A DNA stretch of 63,025 bases, counting the filler, from Olpidium bornovanus S191 (Eukaryota; Fungi; Olpidiomycota): the NCBI GenBank assembly GCA_017911155.1. It is 27 parts of 27 records of this genome, joined end to end, with 100 filler letters (N's around TTAATTAATTAA, not from the genome) between each part and the next. Parts side by side here need not be neighbours in the genome. Positions count along the whole stretch, not along the records: positions 32,803 to 35,819 come from JAEFCI010007688.1; positions 35,920 to 37,723 come from JAEFCI010000968.1; positions 37,824 to 39,262 come from JAEFCI010001604.1; positions 39,363 to 43,079 come from JAEFCI010005071.1; positions 43,180 to 45,177 come from JAEFCI010010326.1; positions 45,278 to 48,994 come from JAEFCI010011705.1; 21 more parts are not named here. The stretch is one strand, 5' to 3'. A program made the translations under genes and the position numbers. The notes beneath the pieces were generated by a model. It ran no database searches. It was not told where the DNA came from and saw only the letters and a program-made list of their open reading frames with translations. Of the stretch, positions 33,122 through 45,550 are shown piece after piece. The first letter of the stretch is position 1, and each line of letters begins with the position of its first letter.

Positions 33122-35602
33122 TCAGTCGGACGATCTGGTGGCGTGAGTCGCGGCGCTACCCTCCGACGTCCGGCGCATCAGGAACCTGGCCTGCGTCCCG
33201 AAGATCGCCGATACGTCTTCGGCCGGGTTCCATTCGACGAACGACCCGGCCGACCGCCATCCCGCCTCGGCCCCTCCCTCGCACACCAGGAGCTCCGTTT
33301 CACCCGGGTTCCCTGCCCCTTCGGCAGAGGGGACGTCGTCCGCGGACGGCGCCAGGCCGGCCCCGACGCCGCCGGTTGTTCTGCGACGAGAAACATCGCC
33401 GTGGACCGCCCACCGCAGGTTCGACAGCTTGTCCAACGGGCTGACCGAATCGTCGTCGCACTGCACCAGCGACGGGAGGAGCATGGGCGGCAGTTGGATG
33501 TGCATGTGTCGGTCCCCGGCAGTCTCTTCCGCGGGGTGTGCTGGCGCAGACTGAACGATGGTCCCGGGGACGGGCGTCGTCACTTGGCCCGGCGAATTCG
33601 GTGCCACGGATGCTGCAGCGGGCGAGTGCCGCATCAGCTTTATTACGATTGAACGCCTCGGTCGAAGTCCGGCCGCGGGGGTGTACTTCGCCGGGTCTCG
33701 CTGCAACAAACCGCCCCCGCCTGTGTCACCACCTTTCCTTTCCCGTGCGCCTTGCGTCAAAATAGATGCCGCTGATTCTGGATGCTTCGCGTCAGCGGCG
33801 TCGCACAGTGTCGTTGTGGACGACTTCTGCCGTCCCCGAACCTCGTCCAGGACTTGCAGGCGGCGCCCGACGTCGTCCATCCTTTCGCCGCGCTGTGGGC
33901 TACGCGGGTCTCGCCTGTCGGTGGACACGCGAACGGTAGAAACGGACCCCGCCGTCGGAGACCGCGAGGGCTCAAGCTTGGTTCGTTGCAAACGCGGAGG
34001 CGAGGCGAGCACGAATATCGGGGACGACGGCGCGAGGTCGGCGTCCGGCATTGCGAACGAGGCGGGTGTGCCGAAGGACGGCATCGGGTCAACGGAGCCG
34101 TAGGCGGCGGCCGGGAGCGGCGAGCGGGCCAGCGGCGAGTCCTCGCCAGTAGGTGACCTGATCTCGACAGATTGTACGCTCGATGCGATGTCGCAAAGCG
34201 GGCCACTGGCCCGCGGCGAGTTCAGTGCAGCAATAAAACTGCAAAGGTAGTCGAACTCGTCGCTAAGGGCCGCCTCCCCGGGGTGGACCAAATAGCCAAC
34301 AGAGGTCTTCGACTTCCCGTCCTGCGCATCCAGCTGGTTTAGATACAGCACCGCACCAAGGACGGAGAGGCTGTAATCCCGCGGCTCATACCCGTGAGAT
34401 TCGTCTGCATCTGTTGCACTTTCGCTGACCTGAGCCGGTGCGTCTGGGGACACAAACCCGCTCTGCGGCGCAGCCCCTCCCGCCGCGATGCGCTCGATGA
34501 TCTCGCGATGCACGGAAAGCGATCCGCCGATCCCTTCGGTCAGGTGACGGAGGTCGTCCGGCAACTTGGACAAGCGCGGGAACGGGGGGTGCTCCCAGCT
34601 CTCGAACGTCGGCATATCCTGCGACAGCTGAGGCTCTCGGGGGTGGTGGCTGCCCCGGTCAAAGAAGGAAAACCAGCTGCGCTTACCCGGGAAGGTCGAG
34701 CTCCTCTGGGCCCCGGTGTCGTTTTGCAGGGAAGACAGGCGGCGCGAAGGGTCGTCCGCTCGCGCGCTCAGCGTCCGAGACACCAAGCCGCCGATCCGGG
34801 TTGACAACGTGCGTTTGAGGAGGGGCGCGGCCGCGCCGCCAGATCCCGCCCGGCGCGCGGGAGAATTTGGTCGGGGCGCGTCAGCGACGGCGATGTCGTC
34901 CGAGTCGAGTTGGAGCACGTCCGGCGGGGCGATCTCGCCCGATTCGTCGGGCGAAGAGCGGACGACCGCGGCCGCGGGCGTAGACAACGCCACGCCGACC
35001 GGCGCGCTCGGCCGAGGCACTGTGCTTTGATCGGCACCCGCCGGGTTCCGGCCGCCGCCCCCGTCCGGCCGACCATCGAGCTCCGGCTTGAGATCGCCGG
35101 CTTTTCGCTTCCTCCACTTCGTCCACATGCCGACGCCGGCGGTGAAGAACAGCGTGATGCCCCCTGCGCACGAGATGCCGAACATCCACGACCCCTTCGC
35201 CTCGGCGCGCGGAGGGGAGACGTCCTTCGCGGCGGAGGCGAACGGGTTCGCCGGCGCGAGTCGGGTCGGAAGGGCGTCCGGCGCGGAAGTCGCAAACCGC
35301 GCTCGGCCCGCAAGCTCAGACGGAACGGCCGTGCGCTGCTGCTGATGTCGCGTGGTGCTGTCCAGGAGCGGCTGGCGGCGGTCCTCGAACGCGGGGATGG
35401 GCCTCCAGCGCACGCCCGCGACCTCGGTGGCCCCGGGTAATGGGGAAGCCCGGACGGAAGTCGCCAGTGGAGCCGAGCGGACTGGGTCGAGGGGCGCGAG
35501 GGCGAGGACCGACAACAGCAGAAAGCCCGCGCGAAAGGTGTCGGTCCCGGCGGCGCTCTGCGGTCGGACAGGGCCTTCCCGCAGCCGCGTCCCGGGCGTC
35601 AT
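33122..35602 (-). CDS. Intronless 826-aa predicted type I single-pass membrane protein
   Basis: Hydrophobic signal-like stretch FLLLSVLALAPL, a short ectodomain, TM-like WMFGISCAGGITLFFTAGVGMW followed by basic TKWRKRK, then a long S/P/A-rich tail with one more ordered island (YSLSVLGAVLYLNQL...FDYLCSFIAALN). Confidence 0.7.
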   Translation of the reverse strand: MTPGTRLREGPVRPQSAAGTDTFRAGFLLLSVLALAPLDPVRSAPLATSVRASPLPGATEVAGVRWRPIPAFEDRRQPLLDSTTRHQQQRTAVPSELAGRARFATSAPDALPTRLAPANPFASAAKDVSPPRAEAKGSWMFGISCAGGITLFFTAGVGMWTKWRKRKAGDLKPELDGRPDGGGGRNPAGADQSTVPRPSAPVGVALSTPAAAVVRSSPDESGEIAPPDVLQLDSDDIAVADAPRPNSPARRAGSGGAAAPLLKRTLSTRIGGLVSRTLSARADDPSRRLSSLQNDTGAQRSSTFPGKRSWFSFFDRGSHHPREPQLSQDMPTFESWEHPPFPRLSKLPDDLRHLTEGIGGSLSVHREIIERIAAGGAAPQSGFVSPDAPAQVSESATDADESHGYEPRDYSLSVLGAVLYLNQLDAQDGKSKTSVGYLVHPGEAALSDEFDYLCSFIAALNSPRASGPLCDIASSVQSVEIRSPTGEDSPLARSPLPAAAYGSVDPMPSFGTPASFAMPDADLAPSSPIFVLASPPRLQRTKLEPSRSPTAGSVSTVRVSTDRRDPRSPQRGERMDDVGRRLQVLDEVRGRQKSSTTTLCDAADAKHPESAASILTQGARERKGGDTGGGGLLQRDPAKYTPAAGLRPRRSIVIKLMRHSPAAASVAPNSPGQVTTPVPGTIVQSAPAHPAEETAGDRHMHIQLPPMLLPSLVQCDDDSVSPLDKLSNLRWAVHGDVSRRRTTGGVGAGLAPSADDVPSAEGAGNPGETELLVCEGGAEAGWRSAGSFVEWNPAEDVSAIFGTQARFLMRRTSEGSAATHATRSSD

Positions 35603-35691
35603 GACCGCGCGCGCCGCCGGGCAGGGGAGACGACGACGAACCTTGGGGCCGATAGCGAAGGGCGGGCGAGGCGCGGCTGCGGCGATTCTTT

Positions 35692-35726
<35 letters not shown>

Positions 35727-35919
35727 GGGGGGGTTTCCCCCCGGGGGGGGGGGGGGGGGGGGAAAGGGAGGGGGGGGGGGGGAGGGGGGGGGGGGGGGGG
35801 GGGGGGGAGGGGGGGGGGGNNNNNNNNNNNNNNNNNNNNNNNNNNNNNNNNNNNNNNNNNNNNTTAATTAATTAANNNNNNNNNNNNNNNNNNNNNNNNN
35901 NNNNNNNNNNNNNNNNNNN

Positions 35920-37723
35920 CATGCTTCAACCCACATCGCTGCTCAGCCACGGTGCGACCGGCTATCGTGTCCGGTCGCAGCGGTGGAAGGAGGCCTGGTT
36001 GCTCGCCGATTCGGTAAATTTCAAGGTTCGTGAGTCTCACGAGGCCGCCGACGTATCTAGATTACCCGCAGGTTGTCGTTTGACGGTTCGTCGCCATACC
36101 GCATTAGGTTATCAAGCTGTTTCTCCTTGTGGAGAACCCGATTCCGGCTGTGACGCAGCTGAGAAAACACATCGCGATTTTTGAGGAGCTTTGGGGCAAA
36201 TGGCGTTTGGGACAGACATTTGAGTACTGGGCCTGGCTTTCTCGACAGTGCGTCTGTGCCTGCGGCGTTATCCGCTCGCTTGTGTGCCAGGGCCTGTTCT
36301 CACGTGCCGCACTTGTCTGCCCCCCTCTCAGGTACCATACGTTTGCCGCGGTCCTGGAGCAGGTTGTGAGCATTGGACTGCGACTTCCGCAACCACCATT
36401 CACGGGAATCAACTACGGCTTGCTCAGTGGGCATCAAGCATCTGCCGCGGATTTCCGTTTCGCAGCCTCTTTGGTTGGAAGCTCCAATAACCCCGGGACT
36501 GGAAACAGTGGGGGCGTTAATCCTATGCTGGTCCTGCAGCACCCGGGGTTCTATTACCACAGCGCGGCCACGTGCGCCACCAAGCGGTGGCGAAGCTTTG
36601 TGGAGGTGGAGGCGGCTTACAAGAGGGCGACGGCGAGCGGCCTCGGTACCGGAGACGAAGCCGCCCGGAAGATTCTGGACGAGGAGAGCAGAGTCGACCA
36701 CGCGACCGCAGTCATTAACCTTCTGACAAAAGCATACGAGCACTTCCGGCTCCAGCGGGCCGGAAGGATGACGCTGTTTCTCGCCTCTGAGATCGCGGAG
36801 ACTCACTTCGCGGGGAGAAAGTACGACGTTGCGCTCAAGTTTTTCGAGAGGATCGCGAAAACTTACCGCAAGGAAGGCTGGTCTGCGATCCTTGTCGCGG
36901 TGCTGTTTAAGTCTCTGGCCTGTGCCAGGGAGCTGAGGTCGTGGCCCGCAATGTGCGAGTACGCCTTGGAGGTGGTCTCGGACCGGTCGTCTCTGTCGAA
37001 ACGAGAGCGGGAAACTGTGCTGCGGGATCTCTTCGACGTGCTGCGGGAGCCTCCAACGGAACTCCAGCCGGACGAGAAGAAGGGTACCGAGGAGGTCCCG
37101 TCCAAACCCACCAGCGAAGGGCTGATTTCTCTGGAGCATCAGCAAACGCAGAATCAGAAGCAGGCTGATCCCTCGGCGCCGGATGCGGCCGTCGCTTCGG
37201 CACAGGTTGCGGAACCTGCCGCCGACAGCGAACCGATCAGACCGTTAAAGCGCAGATCTTTTCTGATGGATGTTGATCAGGTCAGGACGATTCTCACTTT
37301 TAACGTCCAGTTCCGCAACACGTCCGCCTACGTCGGATCGTCCTGCCCTTGGCAAATCACAATCACCACAGGAGTAGATTCCCCGGCGGTGCCTCTGCGA
37401 TTCTCGGCCCTGCGGGTAGGCTTCAGCGATCCCAAGCTAAATCACGTCTTGACTGACCCGCTTGCGGCACCGGAAGCCGGCGGCGCCGGACCCATTCAGG
37501 ACGACCCGGGACTAGAGGCCCCACGTTTCCGCGGCCGCCGGGGACGGGAGTGGGTCGACTGCCGTGAGTGCTGCCGCAGCGAGACCGGCGAGTGGACCGC
37601 TGAGGTCGACCTTGTGGTCAGGCCCGAGTGTCGGAAGGTGTTCGAGGGCAAAGTCATTGCGCCGGCGGATTGCCAGGAATTGAAGGTACACCTGGCACGC
37701 GCTTTGCAACCGAGAACAAAATC
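35920..37723 (+). CDS. TRAPPC11: TRAPPC11 (foie gras/gryzun) internal fragment
   Basis: W.EA..LAD.VNFK; P.PAVTQLRKHI...FEYWAWLSRQ; LQHPGFYYHSAA; HATAVINLLTKAYEHF...RAGRMTLFLASEIAETHF...Y..ALKFFERIA..YRKEGW..IL..VL (Foie gras domain). Confidence 0.92.
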
Positions 37724-37823
37724 NNNNNNNNNNNNNNNNNNNNNNNNNNNNNNNNNNNNNNNNNNNNTTAATTAATTAANNNNNNNNNNNNNNNNNNNNN
37801 NNNNNNNNNNNNNNNNNNNNNNN

Positions 37824-38970
37824 CATGCCGTCCGTGAGGTAGTAGCCCCTCTTCCGGAGGTCCCGGAAAACGTCGAGCCGGGCCCTGTCCCGTTCCGTGC
37901 GCGGGAACGTCCAGAGGCCGAGCCGGCGGGCCGCCGCGAGGGTGCCGCAGGAGACCGCCGATTCGGCCGCGGCGCGCCACGGGCAGAATTCGCCCGCGCG
38001 CCTTCTCAGCGGCGCGCGGAGGGATTTGGCGGCCGGCGCGGTCGGCGGCGGCGGCGCGCCGCCGCCGGGCGCCCGATCGCCGGCGTCGCGTCCGTTTGAG
38101 CTCGCGTCCGGTTCGGAGGCGCAGGCCGGCAGATCGGCCTCTTCCGCCGCCGGGCAGAGCCCGACTGCCTCGGCCAGCGCCGGACGGGGGTGCAGCTTCT
38201 CCAGTTGCCGCGCCAGCCTTTTCATCTTCTTCTTGCTCATCCCCCCGCCGCCGCCGCCGCCGCCCTCCGGCGCGCCGGCCTCGCATGAAACCGCGTTCCT
38301 CTCCCGTCCCGCCTTCTCCAAGTCACGCCTGCGGTCCTCGGCTTCCGCCTCGACTTTCCGGAGGTGCGCGCGGACCTCGCGTTCGAAAGCCAGCAGGTCC
38401 TCACTCGAAAGGCGGTGGCTACAAGCGGCAGAGTCGTCAACCAGCACGGCCAAGCCTGCGCACGGCGAGGGGCACCGACGTGCGCGCTGCTGAGTACAGG
38501 GCGAGCGCTTGCGCTTCAAATGGCAGTAAAACGTGCGGTCTACCTTCTTCGACTAGCACGTTCACCTCTTCTTCAAGCAGCAGCAGCGGGAGCCCGAGAA
38601 AAACGTTCTGCTGCGGAGCGCGCGGAAGGGAGCCGACGAGCGATCCGACAATGCGGTGCGACCGGAGGGCGATGGCCACTAGTAGGAAAAGATGGGGAGT
38701 AGTCGAGAGTGGGATTGCGGAACGTCGGCGAGACGCGGGAAGTTCGCGTCCTGCCGAAAAACGCACCGCGCTGCCCCAGAAGCCGGGAAAGGAACGCGCC
38801 GCCCCAAGTGCGCGCCGCGGGCAAAACGCGGCAGGGGGGAAGGGCCGGGAGTTGGTGCGGGGAAAGTCGGGCGGGCGGACTCCGGAAGATCTCGAACCTG
38901 CGGCGTCCCAGACGAAAGCGTTTCCCCCCACCACAAACAGCTTGTAGGGGGTCGGCGGCTGCAGCGCCAT
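37824..38970 (-). CDS. SEN34: tRNA-splicing endonuclease subunit SEN34 (3' partial)
   Basis: YKLFVVGGNAFVWDA; HRIVGSLVGSLPRAPQQNVFLGLPLLLLEEEV..LVE.G; WTFPRTERDRARLDVFRDLRKRGYYLTDGM, which breaks just before the expected KFG.DFL.Y.GDP motif. Confidence 0.95.
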
Positions 38971-39158
38971 CGGGACCTGCCGCTCCGCCTCTCGCTGGCC
39001 ACGATTCGAAGGGCAAAGCGTGGCGGTTTCGTTCGCCCCCCCGGCGGGCGATGTTTTGTAAGGATCGCGGAGCGTTTCCGGCCACGATGGGTCGACGGCC
39101 CGCGGGCCCGCTCAAACAACACCGGGAACGAGGAGAAAAAAAAAAGAAAAAAAAAAAG

Positions 39159-39262
<104 letters not shown>

Positions 39263-39362
39263 NNNNNNNNNNNNNNNNNNNNNNNNNNNNNNNNNNNNNN
39301 NNNNNNTTAATTAATTAANNNNNNNNNNNNNNNNNNNNNNNNNNNNNNNNNNNNNNNNNNNN

Positions 39363-40609
39363 CCGCCGCGTTGCCTCCCGTATTGAAGTATCAGCGTGAT
39401 CACAGGAAATCATCGAACTTTTGAAAGAGCGTATCGCGGAAATTTTGCACACTAAGGACGGCGCCAAAGCTGTGATGCTCATGATTGTGCACGCGACACC
39501 TAAGGACCGAAAGGTCCTCGTCAAGGCGGTCAAGCCGCACGTGCACAACATCTGCCTCGAGGAGTACGGCCACATGGTGCTGGTCCAGCTGCTTGAAGTG
39601 GTGGACGACACGAAGTTGATCTGCAAGTCCATTCTGTCGGTGGGTGCGCCCTCCTAATGTGTGATTGCAGATGTTTTGTTTGGCCAAACGTCCCTAGTTA
39701 CGCTTCGCTGTTCTAGGAGATGGAGCCGACGCTGGGCGCGATCTGTCGCGATAATTACGGTCGAAAAGTCGTTGGCACCCTGCTTGTTGGTCGGTCTCGG
39801 AGGTACCTCGACCAATCGTGGTTCGACTTCTTGAACAGTCTGGACGCTATCCGCGCGCGCACCAGCAAGAAGGAACCCGAGCTGCGGCGCCAAGAGCTGC
39901 TTGCTGCGTTGTCGCCGGCGCTGGTGTCACTTGTGGCGGAGAAGTTCGACGTTCTGGCCTGGGAGCCCTTTGCGGAGCAGATCGTCCAGGATACCCTTGT
40001 ACACGCGAAAGGTAAGTCGAAGGACGCCTCTATTTTGCCGTGTTATTCTCTTTTTTGGTTTCCTCCTTGCCAGATGGCGCCAGATCCGTGTGTAACGTCT
40101 TTTTTCTCTGGCCGGCAGGGGACAGGACGCCTATACACGATTCAATGTTAAAGCTCCTTGCTGAGGCCGTCGATGATGAGAAGAATCCAATGCTCAATTC
40201 CGTTTCTAGTAAGGTGTACGAGGCGGCGGTCAAGTATGAGAGGAAGCAATTGAACCAAAGTCAGTTTTTTGTCGCATGGACTTGGTTTTTTGCGTCCAGC
40301 TTGCGTTACGTCCAAGCGCCACCTCGCGGCTAAATCGAGTGCCCACTCGTTATGCCGTTCAACGACGCAGGCACCGAGAAAGTGGAGGGGACCTTTGGTC
40401 CGAGACTAGCCTATGCCGTAGAGGACCGCCTCGAGGAGTACGCCAAGGGCCCGGGCGCATTCACCGTGGTTGCACTGCTGGAACACCCTCAGTGCAGCGC
40501 CCGCCTGACCGAGCTCCTTCGTGAACGCGTCGACAGCCTGACGGAGGCGGCCAATTCGAACAAGGGTTCCAACCTGCTCTTAACTCTGTTGTCCAAGGCG
40601 GCCGCATGA
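39363..40609 (+). CDS. PUF6: Pumilio-homology ribosome biogenesis protein PUF6/PUM3, C-terminal part (5' partial)
   Basis: EILHTKDGAKAVM....HATPKDRKVLVKA.K.HV..IC.EEYGHMVLV.LLEVVDDTKL; CPL-domain TSKKEPELRRQELL. Stop at 40609. Confidence 0.93.
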
Positions 40610-41319
40610 TTTTCATGGCCGAGTTTGCCTGCGGCGTCCTTCGCCTTTCCGGTCCCGTGCCACGGATGCACGACGGGGCCGCGCACAAAACTTGTCCGCT
40701 GCCGAGCCGCCGCGCGCAACGGCAAAGCATTTCCCCTTCTATCTCCCTCCCCACCCGCTCCCTGAACCTCAGCGAAACCGATGCAAATCCGGGGTATGTT
40801 TTGACATCCCCAACTGTTAACCGTCAGGGGCGCAAATAACAATAGAAACGGGATGAGTGCCACGAGTGCGCGGGGGTGTCCAGACGGTCTGTACTGCTTA
40901 TGCGGTCGCGTTAGGTTTGGCTTGTGTGAAAGTTTGCGTGGGGGTATTGGGGTGGACAGGGGGAGGAGACGGCACCGGGCTTGCCTGCTCCATTTTGTGC
41001 CGGCGCGCCGTGTGGGGGGCAGGTGGGGGGGAGAAGATACGTCTTTCGCCCAACCGGACGCCCTGCAGCAGACACGGCTTTCTGGCGGAGGCGGAGCGCG
41101 GGCGCAATGGGACCGCGAGCGTGGCTGTCCTTCCTGTGATATGTTTGCTGCTGCCACGACGGGGGTGTGCGGTGGAGTGAGCGCGCGCGGTCTGGGCGGG
41201 GTCCTTTTCTCTCTGGCCTTCCTCCGCCTCCTTTCGTGCCCGCACCGCAGTTTCCCGCACACCAACTTCACCCGCCCCGCTCACCCAAAACCCGACCCGA
41301 CACGCCCGCCCGTCCGAAC

Positions 41320-43079
41320 ATGGCTCAGGCTTCTTCGTTGCCTTCCGCCCTGCTGGGACTGGCGGCCGCGTATGCCACGGACGACGAGCAGGACGACGCG
41401 CTGGACGACGAGGCGGCGGTGGCAGACGGACGGGGAAAAGAGCTCCAGGTGGCCGCCGGCGGCGCCGGCGCGAACCCTGCCAAGGCGAAGCGTGCCGTCC
41501 CCGAGCGCTCCGCGAAGGGCGCCGGCGCCGCCGGGTCGTCCAAGAGGGCGAAGACCGCGGCCGCCGGCCCGAGCTCGCCGCCGCCGTTGCCGCCGTCTCT
41601 TTCCACGAAAAGTAGCAGCGGCCTCTGCCTCGTCCGGCTCCCGGATCTCAACACCGCACCCGAAGTCGACGTATGTTTGTTTTGTCGGGGAAAGGGGAAG
41701 TCGCAGGAGAGCTTTTTATTTCCCCGCGGCGCGCGCGCGCGGCGTCAGAGTCGGGAGGCGTGGGGATGTGTTGACGCGGGAAACGGTTTTTCCCGTCGGC
41801 CTCACTCCCCCGCCTTTTTCCTTTCTGTAGGTGGTGGACCCGGCGTCCCTGCAGCTCGCGCCCTCCGCCTCGTACGCCGAGCTGGCTGCCGTCCCTTTCA
41901 TCGGGCCGGAGAACCCCTTTTCGTCCAAGAACTCCAAAAACAACTGGGTGACCGGGCACGTCCAGGAGGACGCCACCGTCAGCGAGCACGACTTCCGGTT
42001 GCAGCAGCGGACGTTCCGATCGTTCGGGTACGCCGTCGACCCCTCGCACAGGCTGCCGGGGGAAGGAGGGGGAGGAGGAGAAGGAGGAGGGCAGGAACAG
42101 TGGGGGGCGAGTCCCCGTTTCATCGGGGACGTCGACAAGGCCCGGGTCCTGAACGGCGTGTCGGTGCTGCACCCCTCCGCGAAGCACGACCTCTCCTCTG
42201 CGCCCAAGCGTTTGCCCAAGGGCGACGTGGCCATAGTGGAGGGAGAAGGAGCGTACCTCGGGCCTTGGGCCGGCTACGAAGGGGAGAAGATCGGGGAGGC
42301 CAGCGGACCCGGAGAGGTGAGGCGGGCCAAAAATCAGTGTTCGGTTCGATGCAAGAGGACGTCGCGGTGGCTCTCCGTTTTCAAGTGTTTTTTTTTTCTC
42401 CGGGTATTGCAGCGGTGATCCGTGTTTTTTTTTTTTGCAGAGGACGCGTCCTGCTGTTTGGGAATTTGGCTCATGGTTCACCACGCCTTTCTCCGCGCTT
42501 GATCCTGGTTTTCCCAGGGCGTCCTCGCGGCGGCAGCGGAGGCGGCCGAGAAGGCAGGCAAAGGCAAGGAGATCCAGCCCGGCACGGAACGCACGGTATA
42601 CCACGGCAAGGACGAGCGGGACTACCTGGGTCGCACGTACATGCATGTGCCACAGGACGTGGGCATCAACCTCCTGGGCGAGCCGGGCTCGCAGGAATGC
42701 TTCCTTCCGAAGCGCACCATCCATACGTACAAGGGCCACACCAAGGGCGTCTCCGCCATCAGATTCTTCCCAAACTCGGCCCACCTGTTGCTCTCTGCTA
42801 GCATGGACTCAAAGATTAAGGTAGGGAAAAACGCTTCGTTCGTTGTTTGCCTGGGGTGACTGGTTGGCGAGAGCTGTCCCGTTTCCGCGTCGAGGAATTT
42901 GCATGCGTCCGCTTCCTGACCTGGGTGATTCTTTTGTTGTTATTGTTGTCGCCTTCCACATGTTCGCCCAGCTGTGGGATGTTTATCACGACCGCAAGTG
43001 CCTTCGGACATACTTGGGCCACAACAAGGCCGTGCGGGATGTGACGTTCAGCAATGACGGACGAAAATTTCTCAGCGCG
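41320..43079 (+). CDS. CDC40: Pre-mRNA splicing factor CDC40/PRP17 (3' partial)
   Basis: LNTAPEV; GPENPF...[34 protein letters not shown]; YLGPWAGY; [22 protein letters not shown]; [41 protein letters not shown]|[35 protein letters not shown]. Confidence 0.98.
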
Positions 43080-44818
43080 NNNNNNNNNNNNNNNNNNNNN
43101 NNNNNNNNNNNNNNNNNNNNNNNTTAATTAATTAANNNNNNNNNNNNNNNNNNNNNNNNNNNNNNNNNNNNNNNNNNNNCGGCCTAACCTCGTTTATTTG
43201 AGCAGTCAGAAGGAAGAGCTAGTAGAGCTTCGCGCAGTGGTGTGGTGTCGTCTACGTAACTGGAGTTTTGGAGAGCAATGAAGGCACACCTAAAAGCATG
43301 CGAATTATTTGGAGGACCGGACGCCCGGCCAAATCTCGGTTTTGCAGAGATAATGGGAAACACGAATCTAACTCTTGGGAAAAGGGCGCCGTCCTAAGCA
43401 AAACAAGGAGATAATCTAACGGCGCAAGATTTAAGCATGAACATGATGCATTGATTGTGTGATTGCAAATCCTTAAAGATAATAAAAAAATCGGAAAACC
43501 CTCTTGCAAAAAGCCAGCCGTTGGAAGAAACGTACCAGCAGGGATGGCCAAAAATTAAAGTAAACACAAAGAAAAACTAAAAATCAAAGAGAAGGCCAGG
43601 AAGGACTGGAAAAACAACAAACGCAATGAAAATGGAGAACGATCGCGGTTCCTGTTCCCGTAAACCGAATTTTCAACGGCAATGAGGGTTGCCTCCGTTA
43701 TGTTCCTTTTGTAGGAATACCCGGCGTGCACTGTACATTTCCAGTCCAGTTCATCAACATCACTCTCCTACCCGTGCGGCGGCTCTCAGTTGTGGGTCAA
43801 CAGCCGCCGCTGCGTAGAAATGCTGGCAGGGTCCAACGGGCCAGGCGCGGGTGTAACAGGCGCCCTTGCGCGCCACCGCCACTGGATGCGCATCACGGAG
43901 GGCTATTTTGGGAGTTTAAGATTGACAGGCGGCCTCGACGACGCTGGAGTGCCGTCAGAACGTCAACAGGACTCGTAACACTTCACAGTCTGATTTTCTG
44001 CGAGACTGACCGCCACAACGTTGAAACGGGAGCGGCGGCCCGAAACACCAAACGCGCGGGAGAATAGCGGGCGGCCGAAGTAAATCGCGCGCGGGGGGCG
44101 GCTAGACTGAAACCGGCGCGAGGGATCGCAAACGTGAAGCCGGAGCATTTTTTTTTTTTCCAATCCCACCAGGGGCGTTGGGCTGTCTTTCGCCGCCAGA
44201 CATCTCTGCTTTCGATCCGCGTTTCGCGCAAGCGGGCCAGTCCCCCCCCCCCCACGTCTTCGAAATCGACGGGGTCTCGCCTGTTCTTCCCACCGCGCGC
44301 GCGCGCGGTGTCGCGCTGTCAGCCGTTGCAGCCGGTGTGAAACATCGCGGCCCGTAGGGGTGCGGCAAACCGGGCCGAAACGCGGCCTGGAAATTGCCGT
44401 AGTCGGACCGGCGAGCGACGGGGCTGCCGCCGGAAAGTTGACTTGGGCGGGAAAGGAAGAAAAAATACCGGCGGATAATTATTATTATTATTTTTTTTTG
44501 CTTCGCGTTTAACCAGCGAGCGTTGCCTTTGGAAGGAAAAAAAAGACGGGGTTTTTCCCTGAGCGAGGCCGGTTTTTTTCCTCTAGAATTTTCCTCAGCC
44601 AGGTTCGTTTTTTCCGAAAGCGAAGTGGAGGAAAACAAGAGGGCGGCGTTGGGGGTCGAGCTGCTTCGGTCCGTCGAAGGGAGAGGGCATCGTGCGTTGG
44701 CGCTGAAGGATCGAAAGGTGTCCCAGATTCCCCAAAAAAGCGCGTCTCAGGGAAATACAAGACATCCCAAAACAAAAAAGTCACGTGGATGATAAGAAAA
44801 CTAGCAAAAAAAACTTCA

Positions 44819-44890
44819 TAGCAACGCCTAGTTTCGATCTAGGGACATTTGGGTTATGAGCCCATCGGACTGCCACTGTCCCACGTTGCT
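44819..44890 (-). tRNA. Initiator tRNA-Met (CAT)
   Basis: Reverse complement AGCAACG-TG-GGAC-AGTGGCA-GTCC-G-ATGGG-CTCATAA-CCCAA-ATGTC-CCTAG-ATCGAAA-CTAGG-CGTTGCT-A. 72 nt with A1-U72, three G-C pairs in the anticodon stem and the ATCGAAA T-loop diagnostic of eukaryotic initiator tRNA. T8 terminator downstream. Confidence 0.97.
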
Positions 44891-45361
44891 GCAGGTATTT
44901 CAACGGAAGGGCCGCGGGGCCTACAACACTTAAGCGCCATATAAAAATTGGCGCAAAAAAAAAGACCCCTTTACGCCGCGGTGGCAAGAGAGACACCTAC
45001 GCGGGTTCCCCACAAGGACTCCAGGCTTACCGCACACTACACGACACGGGCGGAGGCATGGAGGCGCCTGACTTAAGCGGACGGCAGTTGCCGGTCCGCA
45101 TCATTTTATTGGTGAATGCGAAACAGCGTGGAACGCCGGAAGGAGCGGGCGAGTGTGACGCCAAGGAATCGTAACGANNNNNNNNNNNNNNNNNNNNNNN
45201 NNNNNNNNNNNNNNNNNNNNNTTAATTAATTAANNNNNNNNNNNNNNNNNNNNNNNNNNNNNNNNNNNNNNNNNNNNGCAACCGCCCCGTGCGGGTGTCG
45301 CGTGTTTTGTTGGCGGGGACACGCCCCGGCGGGGAAATCACCACCCGCCGCCCGGCCCTCG

Positions 45362-45406
<45 letters not shown>

Positions 45407-45550
45407 CGGGCATGTCACCGAGATGCCCCTTTTCGAACCCGCACCTTCCACCCCACCCACCCACCCAACCCCCTCGCCCCCGTCCTTTTGCAACGTGCAC
45501 CCGGTGTGACCCTGAACAGGCTGTGCACCACCGCGCGGGTTACACGTACC

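Noticed and set aside
18401-38970. Functional clustering across the window (intron-containing tRNA-Tyr with SEN34; NBP35/CDC45/condensin/dynactin/chTOG as a cell-cycle cluster)
   Set aside because: These genes lie on different contigs whose order and orientation are computational.
43290-43345. RDLAGRPVLQII as a CRAL-TRIO motif
   Set aside because: Isolated 10-residue resemblance with no supporting flanking motifs or clean exon structure.
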